Source: Octopus vulgaris (Eukaryota). From it: a stretch of DNA of 64,000 nucleotides. The stretch is taken from positions 11,098,001-11,162,000 of the forward strand of contig OX597836.1 in NCBI GenBank assembly GCA_951406725.2. The letters run 5' to 3'. The notes under the pieces are model-generated. The model saw only the letters and a program-made list of their open reading frames with translations, ran no database searches and was not told the DNA's origin. The position numbers and the translations under genes were made by a program. Of this stretch, positions 26,330 to 40,170 are shown one piece after another (the stretch's first letter is position 1; each line of letters starts with the position of its first letter).

Positions 26330-26868
26330 CGTGATCAACAGCCGCGTTAATTGCGAGTTTGCAGTCTTAAAAAGACTTAGAGATGCTGTTCAAGTTGGGG
26401 TCTCATACACAGCAGTGGTCAAAGTTTCGGGTTTTGAGATCCCTGATTTTCCCTGTTTTACACGTTAGTTGTGAGATTTGAACATCGTCCGGAGCACTTT
26501 GGAGTGTCTTCACTTCCTCCGGTGTAAGGACGCTTCGCAGGGTAACAGGATCATGGCTTACCATTGGTCGGATTTCGTATCCAACCAACGACTATGTTTA
26601 GAAACTGAGACACGTCCTGTTACTTGTATGGTTCTGAGAAGGACCCTATGTACCATGTTCTGTTCTCTGAGAATCCAGCTAGAGTGACGATCTGAATCGG
26701 GCCTGCCACATGCCACACGGTCACAAAAGACCAGGAAGGGTCTCTCAGAGATGGAGACTGACTGAGATCCTGCTCAGAGGATTATCCAGGACGACCGAAG
26801 CAAATATCAACAGATAATGGATGCAGCGACGCACTGCAATGGCGCATGCTTCCGTACTCGATCTGACA
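26330..26868 (+). mobile_element. RTE-clade LINE 3' fragment, degraded
   Basis: Translation across frameshifts: SKFRVLRSLIFPVL..SCEI*T...GVRTLRR/RIMAYHWSDFVSNQRL..ET..RPVTCMV...MDAATHCNGAC, typical of the RTE RT C-terminus. Confidence 0.8.
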
Positions 26869-28214
26869 GTCATGTGGTCCTGCGGTCCACGAATCAGAAC
26901 ATTAGTTTTAAAACATGGAGGCAAGGAAACGATATTTTGTTAGACAGGGAGCACAATCAATACCCTTCTCCCCAGTGTTTATTTCTCTAAAACTTAGTGA
27001 GTTTAAACAAATCAAGACTGGTATTCCTTTTAGCTTACTGCTTCCATATGCGGCACTGTACTATAATCTAACGAATGCTAGTTGTCAAGAGGCGCTGCGG
27101 TTCACTCAAACGCACACACAAATACCTATATATATTGATACATACATACAATGGGCTCCCACAACTTGTATCTACCAAATTCACTCACCAGGCATTAATC
27201 GGTCCCGGGCTTATAGTAGAATATATATTTCCTCGCAGTGGGACTCAAAACGAAACCTCCAAAACGAAGCCTCCAAATCACACAAACATATCTGCGTCTT
27301 CCTGTTCGAAAGAGATTTTGTGATGTTACTGTCTAAGAAGAATTAACAGTCAAAGCGATCAAAACGATCTCAACCTGGGTCAGGTCACTTGTGACATCTC
27401 TCATGATTGTTACTGGGAACATGGAATCCAGTACAACCTGTTGCATGGTCGGGTATCCTCGTCGACTAAACCGGCACACTCAGAAAGCTTGCCTGATAAG
27501 GGTGGGGCTTGCTTGAAACCCAGCACGACTTAATATCAGACCTGTGAAGGGGGATAGTGTAAGTTCAACGACTATTTAGCAATAGCATAGGTCTTAAGAA
27601 ATTGGTGTTCTGCGTGTTGGAAGACCGCTGGGAGAGAGGTACTCCTTAGCTTTTCTTCAAGAACGTCTCTAAAATCTGCTTCAAATCCATTTTACGTCTG
27701 CTCCGATAATCGGCAGTGATTTGATTAGGGAATCATCTGCGACGGGGAATAAACGACGGCAAGATGAGCTGCAACAGATCACACTATCCCGAAACGTGTA
27801 CGCATGTGACCAGGGGCCACATGTAAACCTATATTCCCACTGAAACACCTAACATAAACTTCGGAGCTGACTCAACACACGCCAGGTGAGTGCTGCTGCG
27901 TGTACAAGTACAAATGGTTTCAAGCGGGGTTAAAATTCTACTTAGAGAGTAATATTGGAATCTATTATTCGCATAAAGGCCAAAGACTTATATATTAGGT
28001 ACGTGAGTGGATCAAATCTAGTTGGTAATTATTTTATAATATAGACTGTTAAATAGATCTCGATTCGTGATAGACACTTCGTTTAATTTCCCTGCTGAGA
28101 CTGTCTCTGTCTGTGTTAGGTCATAATTTTAAATGCCACACACATATAAACACATGTGTGTTTTTGTGTATATGTGTGTCTCTGTGTGTACATATATATC
28201 TATCATATATGATA

Positions 28215-28221
28215 TATACTA

Positions 28222-28260
<39 letters not shown>

Positions 28261-28355
28261 CACACATTTATATATATGTATATATATATTTAATCAATCT
28301 TAGTTACTAATCACAGCTGATATACATACATCCATATGTGTGTGTGTGTGTGCCT

Positions 28356-28444
<89 letters not shown>

Positions 28445-28477
28445 TACATACATACATACATACATACATACATGCAT

Positions 28478-28546
<69 letters not shown>

Positions 28547-28615
28547 ATACATACATACATAGATACATACATACATGCATACACATATATATGCATACAT
28601 ACATGCATATACATC
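28215..28615. repeat. Compound (TA)/(CA)/(GA)/(TACA) microsatellite with local duplication
   Basis: Directly visible. Confidence 0.9.
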
Positions 28616-29810
28616 AGTGAGTGTGTGGGCAGTTCATGTCGCCATACGCTTAAACAGACTAGAGGCAACTCAATCTGTACTTAAAAGATATTAAAATAAA
28701 AATCTAATTAAAAATTGCTCCAGACATTAATTAATATTTTATACATCTAATTCTCAACTGTATTGAAGAAAAGAGTAATATTATGCACGCTTATATCCGA
28801 CATTTGTTTTATCAGATTCTTTTTACTCTCTTCAGAACGTTCGTAATGATATGTGTAAAAAAAAAACAAAAGAAAAAGGCAAGTGAGAGAGTAATTAGTT
28901 TCACAGTAAATAACTGTAAGTTGCTAACATTGTTGGGTGCTCACCGTTTAATTGAAGTTCCTATGAAAATTCACTTAAGAAGTAGTACATTTGGTGTTTA
29001 TTTAAAACTATATATAAATCATTCTGCCAACAGTGTGCTCGATATTTCATCATTGCTGTCTCAGTAAAAACCGATGCATATTAACGTACGTAGTAGACTT
29101 ACAAACATATATATTTTTACCTATTTCTCCGTATACAGGAAAGCTGATGAACAAACTTATTCGATTTTCGATACTTATTGGGGTCTCGTCAGTGATGTGT
29201 ACATCACTTGGTGAATCGCAGAGAAGCAAGCTGTCGATCTTTATGCATTATCTGTTATCTTTTATTTGGTTCACTTCCTAGAGAGCGGCTTTGTTGAGGC
29301 ACTGCATTCAAGAATTTTGGCCGAACGAATTGACCCCAGTTCGTATTAATTTTTAAGCCTGATAAATTTTGTATTGGTATCTTTTGACGAACCACTCTAT
29401 CACTGGGAGGTGATACCAGCACCGGCTATCAAATGATGGTTGGGGAAAACACATACACAAAGACACTCGCACACATATTTATATGATACATACACACATA
29501 AACACACACACGCACATATATACATAAAGAATAAGGAGAAAATTATTTATTAATCATAACATATAACATCTCTGACAGCTGTTTCGATTCAGAAATCTTT
29601 AGGTAATTTGTAACATTAAAATCATTATACGATGAATCTCTTGAATTAAACTTTATAACTTTAAGTTTTTGTATTGCAGTATTATAGATAAGTATCATAT
29701 TATATGACATTATCATATATTTATATATACATGCGTTTTTCATCATATTGATCTCTTTTCTTTATATTTAAGACACAGAATATACACTACATGCTCCCTC
29801 TATGTTGGAT

Positions 29811-30022
29811 TACTCTTTTACTCTTTTACTTGTTTCAGTCATTTGACTGCGGCCATGCTGGAGCACCGCCTTTAGTCGAGCAAATCGACCCCGGGACTTA
29901 TTCTTTGTAAGCCCAGTACTTATTCTATCGGTCTCTTTTTGCCGAACCGCTAAGTGACGGGGACGTAAACACACCAGCATCGGTTGTGAAGCAATGCTTG
30001 GGGGACAAACACAGACACACAA

Positions 30023-30059
<37 letters not shown>

Positions 30060-30243
30060 AATATATATATACATATATACGACAGGCTTCTTTCAGTTTC
30101 CGTCTACCAAATCCACTCACAAGGCATTGGTCGGCCCGGGGCTATAGCAGAAGACACTTGCCCAAGATGCCACGCAGTGGGACTGAACCCGGAACCATGT
30201 GGTTGGTTAGCAAGCTACTTACCACACAGCCACTCCTGCGCCT
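29811..30243 (-). mobile_element. SINE family A, full-length
   Basis: Near-identical to 7861-8270. Confidence 0.92.
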
Positions 30244-30571
30244 GTGAAATTATTATTAAATATTTATAAATACATTTGCTTTTCTGCTTCCATTTTCCTT
30301 TTCTTTTTCTCCTTCTCTGTGCCCTATGATATTATATTAATCTCTTCTTTCCTTTCTTTCAGACATATAACATATTCTAACTTCTCCCCCTATGTTAGAT
30401 AGAGTCCTATAACTAGTTCTGATCTTTGAGACTTCAAGTAACATTCACTCCGACTTAGTAGTAACTTGGTAAAGGTGAATTCTACAATAGCCTCGGGTCG
30501 CCCAAATCCTTGCGAGAAAATTTAGTAGACAGAAACTGAAAGATGCCCGTTGCTTATATAGATATACATAC

Positions 30572-30930
<359 letters not shown>

Positions 30931-30946
30931 TGTATGCTTCTGTTTG

Positions 30947-32268
30947 CACGGGAAACCTGCCCTGTGTGGCGTGTTTCCCGATTTTGTAAAATTTGTTGTC
31001 GGCTTTCTAAGCCATTTCTGTTTTGAAGCATGGCGACTTCAAGCCATGAAGACGTCGGTGAAAAGGTCACTGGTCTCCTTGACAACGCTTACGACGTTGC
31101 GTTCCCTACCCTGCCTTCCCCACAGCTTCATGAAGGAGGGAGGAAGGGGGAGACGCAACACAGATGCAGGTGTGAGCATGGACGCCAACTCCGCGACCGA
31201 CACACGAACAAATTGTAAACCCGCAGACGACAGCTTCACAGTCGACCATTTACTACGAGCTGGCATATTATATGCCAGTTCGTGGCCAGGTTGCAATTCA
31301 TAGGCATGAGAGAAAAGTTTCTCTCTTATTTATCTCGGGTAAACTTATAAACAAGGGCTAAAGAAAATTGAAATAATTTTCTTTAGACGTTGTTTATAAG
31401 TTGTTTATAATTTTTAACCTGGATCTTTTCGGTTTGACCGGCAGTTTTTAACATAATTTCTAGGTAACTAAAAAATTTTAAACTTCGTATACTGGTAGAA
31501 TGTGTTTATAAAACATGTTTTTCTCTTGGCTTCATTGAGAAAATTATTTTTCTTCAATTTCTGCAATTTCAACCAATCAATGACGTCCATTGAGGTAAAA
31601 AACATTCCTTGCCGTATAAATACGTCCCTCGTTTAAGAAACATTGGGTTTATTTACATTTGTGAAGAAAAAATGATACCCTTCCCCTACCCCTGGCCCAA
31701 CCCTAACTCTAACCCTAATCCCAAAACAGATTGATATGCACTAGATCGATACTAGGGTCATAATTACGGGTGACAATTTCATATGACACCGCTAGAAAAA
31801 ACTGCCGTTCAAACCGAAAAGATCCAAGTTGTCCAACAACTAATACATTCGGTTGTGCAAATTCTTCACACGGGAAACCTGCCCTGTGTAGCGTGTTTCC
31901 CGATTTTGTAAAATTTGTTGTCGGCTTTCTAAGCCATTTCTGTTTTGAAGCATGGCGACTTCAAGCCATGAAGTCGTTGGCGAAAGGTACGCCGGTTTCC
32001 TTGACAACGTTTACGACGTTGATTTCCCTACCCTGCCTTCCCCACAGCTTCATGAAGGAGGGAGGAAGGGGGAGAAGCAACACAGGTGCAAGTGTGAGCA
32101 TGGACGCCAACTCCGCCACCGACACACGAACAAATTGGAAGAACCCAGACGATAGCTTCACAATCAACTACGAGCTGCCATATTATATGCCAGTTCGCGG
32201 CCAGGCTACTCACTTATTTATCACGGGTTCCTTCTTCTCATTCATATTTGAATATATATATATTTATA

Positions 32269-32324
<56 letters not shown>

Positions 32325-33220
32325 TTATTATTTGAGGGAATAAAATCCAAAACTTACAGGGGAAAAAATACAATTTAGAAATACTAAATCAAATTCCACA
32401 CAATATAATATATGAAAAATTAGAAAAAAACCCACCTTTAATCAATTCAAAACGAACACTTAAATTACACCATCTAGAAAATTACATATAAGAGAAATAT
32501 TAAAATCAAAATAACAATAAAATGTCAATGATTAAGTAAATTGCAAAAAAAAAAAAATGATAAAAACGTGTATAATTTGTAATTTGTAGATGTGTGGCGT
32601 GTTTCCCGATTTTGTAAATTTGTTTTCGGCTTTCTAAGCCATTTCTGTTTTAGCGACTTCAAGCCATGAAGTCGTCGGTCGAAAGGTACGCCGGTCTCCT
32701 TGACAACGCTGACGACGTTGATTTCCCTACACTGCCTTCCCCACAGCTTCATGAAGGAGGGAGGAAGGGGAGAAGCAACACAGGTGCAAGTGTGAGCATG
32801 GACGCCAACTCCGCCACCGACACACGAAAAATTGGAAGCACCCAGACGACAGCTTCACAGTCAACTACGAGCTGCCATATATATGCCAGTTCATATCCAG
32901 GCTTCTCACTTATTTATCTCGGGTTCCTTCTCATTCATATTTAAATATATATGTATTTATATAATTATAGCAAGAAGGGTTTTGCAGCAAGTTGCTTGAC
33001 CACATACCGAAAATTTTAGAAATAGCAGCCAAAGAACTACTAAGAATAGTAGTTCTTTGGCTGCTACTTCTAAAATTACACCTGCACCTGTGTTGCTTCT
33101 CCCCTTCCTCCCTCCTTCATGAAGCTGTGGGGAAGGCAGTGTAAGGAAATCAACGCCGTAAGCGTTGTCAAGGAGACAAGCGTACCTTTCGACAACGACT
33201 TCATGGCTTGAAGTCACCAT
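30947..33220. repeat. GC-richer unit of about 350 bp in three direct copies (30947-31300, 31869-32250, 32591-32945) and one inverted partial copy (33078-33220); possibly a decayed L1/Tx1-type 3' end
   Basis: Shared GTGTTTCCCGATTTTGTAAA...CCCCACAGCTTCATGAAGGAGGGAGGAAGGGGAG...GACGCCAACTCCGC. Minus translation (LPLPPSF..EAVGKA..KQKWL) loosely resembles the LINE C-terminus at 40553-40817. Confidence 0.85.
31421..31825. mobile_element. MITE / non-autonomous DNA transposon with TIRs of about 29 bp
   Basis: GGATCTTTTCGGTTTGACCGGCAGTTTTT at 31421 and AAAAACTGCCGTTCAAACCGAAAAGATCC ending at 31825; internal CCCTAA-like motifs; truncated relative at 33371-33575. No clear TSD. Confidence 0.85.
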
Positions 33221-33312
33221 ACTATTCTTAGTAGTTCTTTGGCTGCTACTTCTAAAATTTTCGGTATGTGGTCAAGCAACTGTTGCAAAACCTTTATTGT
33301 TATAATTATATA
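32957..33312. repeat. Fold-back structure with arms of about 100 bp enclosing an inverted fragment of the 350-bp unit
   Basis: TTGCTTGACCACATACCGAAAATTTTAGAA.TAGCAGCCAAAGAACTACTAAGAATAGTA and its reverse complement at 33220-33310; related arm at 33678-33745. Confidence 0.8.
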
Positions 33313-33777
33313 TAAAAAAAAATTATGTATAAGTTTTTACCGAATATGGTTCTTTTCCATACCGAAAAACGGATCTTTTCCTTTTGAACGGCACATGTCC
33401 ACGCAATTTCTAGTTAACTAAACACTTTAAAACTTCGTAAACTGGTAGAATGTGTCAAAAGAAAACATTTTTTCTCTTGGCTTTCTTGAGAAAATTGTAA
33501 TTCGTTTGTTTAAAGTAGTTTCATTTTTCGAATTTTAACCAATGAATCGCCTCTAATTGAGACAACATCCTTTTTTTATGCAAAAAAATTTTTATATATT
33601 ATTATAACAATAATTAAAGGTTTAGCAACAATATTGTTATCTGTCGAGACATATTTTGGAGGAAAAAGAAATAACGGTCTTTTGGCTGCTATTTCTAAAT
33701 TTTCGGTATGTGGTGAAGCAACTTGTTGCTAAACCCTTAATTATATATATATATATATGCAGTACGAAGTTATATAT

Positions 33778-34894
33778 AGCCACCTCCAAGGAAACGCAAA
33801 TAACAAGCGGTGTCCCACAGGGCACTGTCTTGGGGCCACTGATGTTCATAGTGGCCCTTTCAGACATGCCTTCAGTTGCTACGATGACCACCCTTGCTAG
33901 CTATGTAGATGACACAAAAGTCTCCCACGCAATACAAAACCCTGAAAATATTGCGCATCTGCAACAGGAGCTGGACACAATATACAGGTGGGCTGAGGAC
34001 AACAACATGCAGTTTAATTCAGGTAAGTTCCAGGCCCTGCGCTACTGGCACACAAAGGTAAACGACGTGAAGACTGGATACACTGGCCCAGGAAGAATTG
34101 CAATCCCTGAGTCAAAATCAGTGCGTGACCTGGGCATTGACATGAGCAATGATGCATCTTTCCAAGTGCATATTGCTAATCTGGTGATAAAATGCAGACG
34201 GCTAGCTGGATGGATTCTCCGAACTTTCAGAACAAGAGAGAAGGAGACACTGATGGTCCTATGGAAAACATTCGTCCTCAGCCGCTTGGACTATTGCTCC
34301 CAACTGTGGTCGCCACACAATATAAAACTAACAGCAGAACTCGAAGCAATTCAGAGAAGCTACACAAAGAAAATCGTCTCAATGCAAAATATCAGCTACT
34401 GGGAAAGACTGAAGGTATTAAACCTCTTCTCCCTAGAGCGGAGGCGGGAGAGATATGCGGTGATATACATCTGGAAAATCCTGGAGGGTCTTGTCCCAAA
34501 CTTTGGCATTCAAAGTTACCCCAACCGCAGAACGGGGCGCCACTGCATGGTGTCAAGGATTCCAACATCACCATCAAAATACAGGTCCAGATACTGCAAC
34601 AGCTTGGGTTTCAGAGAACCACAGCTCTTTAACATCCTCCCTAAATGCCTGAGTGACTTACATGGTGTGGATGTGGGTTTCTTTAAAACTAAACTGGTTC
34701 TCTTCTTGTCGGGAGTCCCAGATGAACCTACCTCACGACAGGAGACGCGGATGCGGGCAGCAGCATCGAACTCCCTTGTTGATCAAGTGCCACGTATCAG
34801 AGGTGGATTCACAAATTAGTGTAGCTCATTCAGCGGTGGTGCCTCAGCATGGCCTCGGCCTTCGGGCTAAAACATTTTTAAGGATTTAAGGATT

Positions 34895-34895
<1 letters not shown>
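33778..34895 (+). mobile_element. 5'-truncated non-LTR retrotransposon (CR1/L2 group) with an uninterrupted RT C-terminal frame
   Basis: ORF to 34819 has SGVPQGTVLGPLMF, YVDDTK, W...N.M.FN..K, VRDLG, SRLDYCSQLWSP, LE.IQR.YTK, SY.ERL..L.L.SLERRRER. Short 3' UTR with stem-loop and TAAGGATT tail. The 5' part of the ORF track is unrelated flank. Confidence 0.93.
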
Positions 34896-34990
<95 letters not shown>

Positions 34991-35499
34991 AAAACACACA
35001 CACACACAGAGGCACATCTTAAGTTGCTGAGATTTGATTCTGTGGGAAAACTGAAAATTTGATTGCAGTTTCCAAGGCAAGAAAAAAAAAAAAACAAATA
35101 AGAGAAACATTACAAAGAAGTCATCTTTTCTTTGTTTCGTTTACAGAACTATTTTGACATCCAGCATAACAAACATATCAATGACCATATATGGTGCTTA
35201 ATATCCCCAAGCTGTTAACGCAGCTTTTGTTAGCTAAGCGGCTTTTCTCGGTAAGCTACGTATCGCGGTCCAACGTTGTATCTGAGGACGAATTAATCGC
35301 TAATCTGCGATATGTTAAGGAAACCTCAGTTACGTATCGTTACTGTGGTTTCCTTGATTGGATAACAGAATTAACATGTGTGTGCTTCTACTGATAAGGA
35401 CAATTACGTAGGAGTAACAATGCAAATGTAATGATTCTAGAGACGCAGGTTCGATCCTCGGTTTTAGTTGTTTTGCATTTTTACTTTAGAGTCTCTGTG

Positions 35500-35811
35500 A
35501 AGGTGCGTGGATTTGTGGTTAGGGCAATCGGCTCATGAATGTAAAGTCAGGAGTTCGATTCCCGGCTGCGGATTGTGCTCTTGAGCAAGAGACTTTATTT
35601 CACATTGCCCCAGGTGACTCAGTTAGCAAAAATGAGTCGTACAGTAATTCAAAGGGCCAACCTTGTCACATTCGGTGTCACACATATATACCCTCAGAAC
35701 CACATTAGGGGCACGCATGTCTGTGATATACTCAGCCACATGCATGTTAATTTCACGACTATTCCGTTGTTCGGATCAGATGGAACACTCGTCGTCGAAA
35801 CCGACGGAGTG
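35500..35811 (+). mobile_element. tRNA-derived SINE (family D); second copy at 41195-41515
   Basis: GAAGGTGCGTGG...GAGTTCGATTCCC...CTTGAGCAAGA...TTGTCACATTC.GTGTCA...ACCGACGGA shared by both copies. Confidence 0.75.
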
Positions 35812-36368
35812 TAAGTTTTCTCTAAGAAAAGCACTGATGTACCTATCTCTTATTTTATTTTAGTGATTGAAGTCCACCAGGATAATCACGTATATGGCTG
35901 AAGGTCTGACTGTGCGGTTTTAAGAATTCGATTTTGAAATCCACGGTTTTTGATCGATCCGACGGCGCGGCATTGTACATAAATGCGTGTTGTTGCAGCC
36001 TCCGGCTACAGCAACGGGGTCTGAGTGGAATTTAGTAGACGGTAAATGTGCAAAATCTTGTCCTATGATATGTATATACATATATACATACATATATGCA
36101 TACATACGTACATACATACATACATACATACATACATACATACATACATACATACACACATATACATACATATATACATATATATATGCAAATATGTATG
36201 TGTGTATGTATATGCATATGTATGTATATGCACATGTATGCAAGTCTGTATAAATGTATGCATGTGTACACACACACACATACATATATATGTGTCTCTG
36301 TCTCAGCGTATTTAAAGGTATCTGTCTCTCTTTCTATCTATCCAGTTACTTACACACACATATACATT

Positions 36369-36413
<45 letters not shown>

Positions 36414-37049
36414 ATGTGTGTGTGTATGTATATACTCACGAAGGTATATATGTTTGAGTATATGTGTGAGATTTTGTGTATGTGTATGGTCTTGTACGTA
36501 TGTGTTTGCCTCCGTAATAATCTGATGTATGTATGTTTTTTTTTCTGTTTTTTTCTTGAGAAACCATTAAAGATTTCTTTCTCCTTTGTAATATTCTATT
36601 CAAACACAAAAGAACCGGCGCAAAAAAGCACACCACAAGGTATCGTTACCGACATCTTTGCAGTTATCCAATATCCTCAGCTCTTGATTGGAACTTTCTG
36701 AACGACTCTAAAGAAAGAAAATGAAAGGCAAAGTTGCTTTCAGCATGGATTGAACTCAAAGCGCAAAGGGTCTGACAATACCGCGAGACATTCTCTCAGA
36801 GCTTCCAAAAGCCCTGTTATTTTGCCACCATAACTTGTATATTCTTTCATGTAGTTACTACATACATGCATGCGTATTTGCATGTAGCTGCATGTACGTA
36901 TATATGTAGACACGTATGTACGTAGGCATGTATGCATGTATGTATGTATGTATCTATGTATGTATTATGAATGCGTGTAGGTATCTGTCTATCTATCCAT
37001 CTCTTTAGCTCTCTCTCTCTCTCTCTCTTTCTTTATATATATATATACG

Positions 37050-37241
37050 AGAGTAAGCACATAAATGAGAAACAAGTTGGAAAAAATAGTACTCAAATAC
37101 CGGAGGTAGAGCAATACACTTTGTTAAGAAGCAGCAAAAATATCAAAGAAAGTGTTACTCGGAGTTTCACGTTCTCGACTAACGGTATCGTGAAACTCGG
37201 AGTAACAGTTTTTGTAATATTTTTGCTGCTTTTTAATAAAG

Positions 37242-37245
<4 letters not shown>
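37050..37245. mobile_element. Penelope-like pLTR fragment folded into a hairpin
   Basis: Same family as 2070-2215; arms 37118-37172 and 37189-37242. Confidence 0.65.
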
Positions 37246-37305
<60 letters not shown>

Positions 37306-37343
37306 ACAAAAGGAGATGTCGAACACGAGTGGTGATATATAAA

Positions 37344-37558
37344 AAAGGAAATGAAGAAAATGCTGAGAAATAATTGAAGTAATTTAAGTAATTTAATTAG
37401 GTGAAAGTTCTTTTTACCGGTTGCGCATTTGTTATGCTTATCAAAATATAAAAGAGAGATTAGAGTTCCTTTCTTATAGAATTTTTCCTCTTATCTTTCA
37501 CCTAATTAAATTACTTAAATTACTTCAATTATTTGTCAGCATTTTCTTCATTTCCTTT
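37344..37558. repeat. Inverted repeat, arms about 63 bp, spacer about 90 bp
   Basis: AAAGGAAATGAAGAAAATGCTGA.AAATAATTGAAGTAATTTAAGTAATTTAATTAGGTGAAAG and its reverse complement at 37496-37558. Confidence 0.85.
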
Positions 37559-37590
<32 letters not shown>

Positions 37591-37639
37591 AATGTGTAAA
37601 TGTATATATACATATATATATATATGAATATAGGTAATT

Positions 37640-38025
37640 ACCCTCCCCCTGCGTGTGGCCTTAACGTGGCGGGGAGGCTTGCGTACTCTTATGAACCTTA
37701 GAGCATGTGCCAGTGGGGGCCGTGTTCCCCTGGTAGTTTAATCTTGCTGCTTTGGTTGAAGAGGAGGAGTCAGACTAAAGTATACACATCGGCCCTCTAG
37801 ATTCGAGGCTTGTGCTACAGGCTAACACCCTACACAAGTAAAAGTAAAAAACAAACAAACACAAAGCTGCTCTCACAGTCCATCCTTCTTGGAAGCGGAG
37901 CATTTTGGACGAGCTCAGGACCACCGGCCTGACATGGGAAGCAGCCAAGAAACACACCAATGACCGCAAAAAGTGGAAGACAACTGTTGAGGCCCTATAC
38001 TCCACAAGGGGCAAAAAAGATTAAG
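37640..38025 (+). mobile_element. Short RTE-derived element: 5' UTR-like part joined to the extreme 3' end
   Basis: GCCTTAACGTGGCGGGGAGGCTTGCGTACTCTTATGAACC resembles RTE 5' UTRs. 37890-38025 translates WKRSILDELRTTGLTWEAAKKHTNDRKKWKTTVEALYSTRGKKD*, an RTE-type C-terminus. Confidence 0.7.
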
Positions 38026-38051
38026 ATACGTATATACATACATACATACAT

Positions 38052-38094
<43 letters not shown>

Positions 38095-38116
38095 GTGTGT
38101 GTGTGTGTTTGTGATT

Positions 38117-38164
<48 letters not shown>

Positions 38165-38353
38165 TGTCGCGGTACTGTGCTATTTTGTAAAGCGTTACGT
38201 ATCCGTGTCTATCTGCCTGGCAGAAGATGAAGAAAAAAAAGAGTGACAGAGAAAACAGGTATATTGGTATGGTAAGTAGATAATTAAATAGGTAGATATA
38301 TAGATAGAGAAATAAAGTGTGAAAGCGAGAGAGAGAGAGAGAGAAAGGGAGAG

Positions 38354-38388
<35 letters not shown>

Positions 38389-39573
38389 AAAAGAGACAGA
38401 GAGAGAGAGGTGTTGAGATAAATATATTCGAAAGCGAAAGCGTTTCGTTTGTAGCGTGCTGAGATAAATTAATTTTACACGAGACTGGAATCGATATTCT
38501 ATACCTCAATAGATATCACAATTTATACGCAAATGGTTATTTTATGCCTCAATTGGTTCTCTATCGCATCAATACGAAAACAGGTTATTTCTTTGCGAAC
38601 ACATACAAATACACGAAGAAAAGGTGATTGCTTTAACACTTTTATTTTAAATATATTTGATATAGCAATTTTCCCAACCTTCTTATATAAAATATTATAT
38701 TATACACTAAATAGATATAATGCTTTATACATACATGTGATAAATCAACCATTCTTTATAATAGTGGCATTGGAAATGATATCAAACAGATTATAGAAAT
38801 ACGTGGAATGTGCATTCATATATATAGAAGTCGCTCCAATATGAGATAAGGAGTTGTTTAGTTTCATATAGGAACGTGATTAAATGGTTCGCATACATTT
38901 ATGTTTTTACAAATCTACGCGCTTACTAAAGGAGATAAGAACTATACATTTAATAGAGCTGTAATCAGCGGGCTGTGTGAATCAAGGAAGTTTTAGTTTG
39001 GAGAGAGGGGGGAGGCCATTATTGTTAATATTTTCACCGTTGTTATTATTATTATTGTTGTTATTATTATTATTATTTTTATTATTTGATTCGGCACTTC
39101 ATCAATGCATTGTTGGAAATTTAACGTCTATAGGCATCGTTCGCAGTCAACATTATGGGCTATCTGGATAATCGTTTCCCAAAGAAAAAAATAATAAAAA
39201 CTGGCAGTATCATTGTTACCAATGCTGATACGTTAAAACCAGGAGCCAAAATGAGAAGGGCTATATATGTGGTTGCTCGACCTGCTAAAAATAGCAGCCA
39301 AATTGCCTGGTAATTCACACAGTTCGTCCAGCTCAATAATAGTTCGAACATTGTGTTTCTTGAATAATATAACCTTGTAGGTGTGACTGGGTGATTGAGA
39401 TGCTTGCTTTGCAACCAGATAGCTTTGGGTTCAGTCCCACTATGCAATTGTCTTTAACTAAAGTTCCTGGACCTATCAATGCTTAGCGTGTGCATTAGGT
39501 TGATACAAGCTACATGAAAACCCGTCATATATATATATATATATATATAAACACATATATATGTGTATATATA

Positions 39574-39660
<87 letters not shown>

Positions 39661-39661
<1 letters not shown>

Positions 39662-39834
39662 CGCAGGAGTAGCTGTGTGGTAATTAACTTGCTTACCAAC
39701 CACATGGTTCCGGGTTCATTCCCACTGCGTTGCACCTTGGGCAAGTGTCTTCTACTATAGCCTCGGGCCGACCAAGGTCTTGTGAGTGGATTTGGTAGGC
39801 GGAAACTGAAAGAAACACGTCGTATATATATATA

Positions 39835-39879
<45 letters not shown>

Positions 39880-40089
39880 TTGTGTGTCTGTGTTTGTCCC
39901 CTCAACATCACTAGACAACGGATGCTCGTGTGTTTACCTCCCCGTAACTTAGCGGTTTGGCAAAAGAGACCGATAGAATAAGTACTAGGCTTACAAAGAA
40001 TAAGTCCTGGGATCTATTTACTCGACTAAAGGCGGTGCTCCAGCATGGCCGCAGTCAAATGAGTGAAACAAGAAAAAAGAGTACAGAGT

Positions 40090-40090
<1 letters not shown>
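39661..40090 (+). mobile_element. SINE family A, full-length
   Basis: GGCGCAGGAGTAGCTGTGTGG...GGCGGTGCTCCAGCATGGCCGCAGTCAAATGAGTGAAACAAG. Confidence 0.92.
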
Positions 40091-40147
<57 letters not shown>

Positions 40148-40170
40148 CGATAGATAGATAGATAGATAGA

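Noticed and set aside
31685-31725. CCCTAA telomere-like motifs
   Set aside because: A few degenerate units inside a MITE, not a telomeric array.
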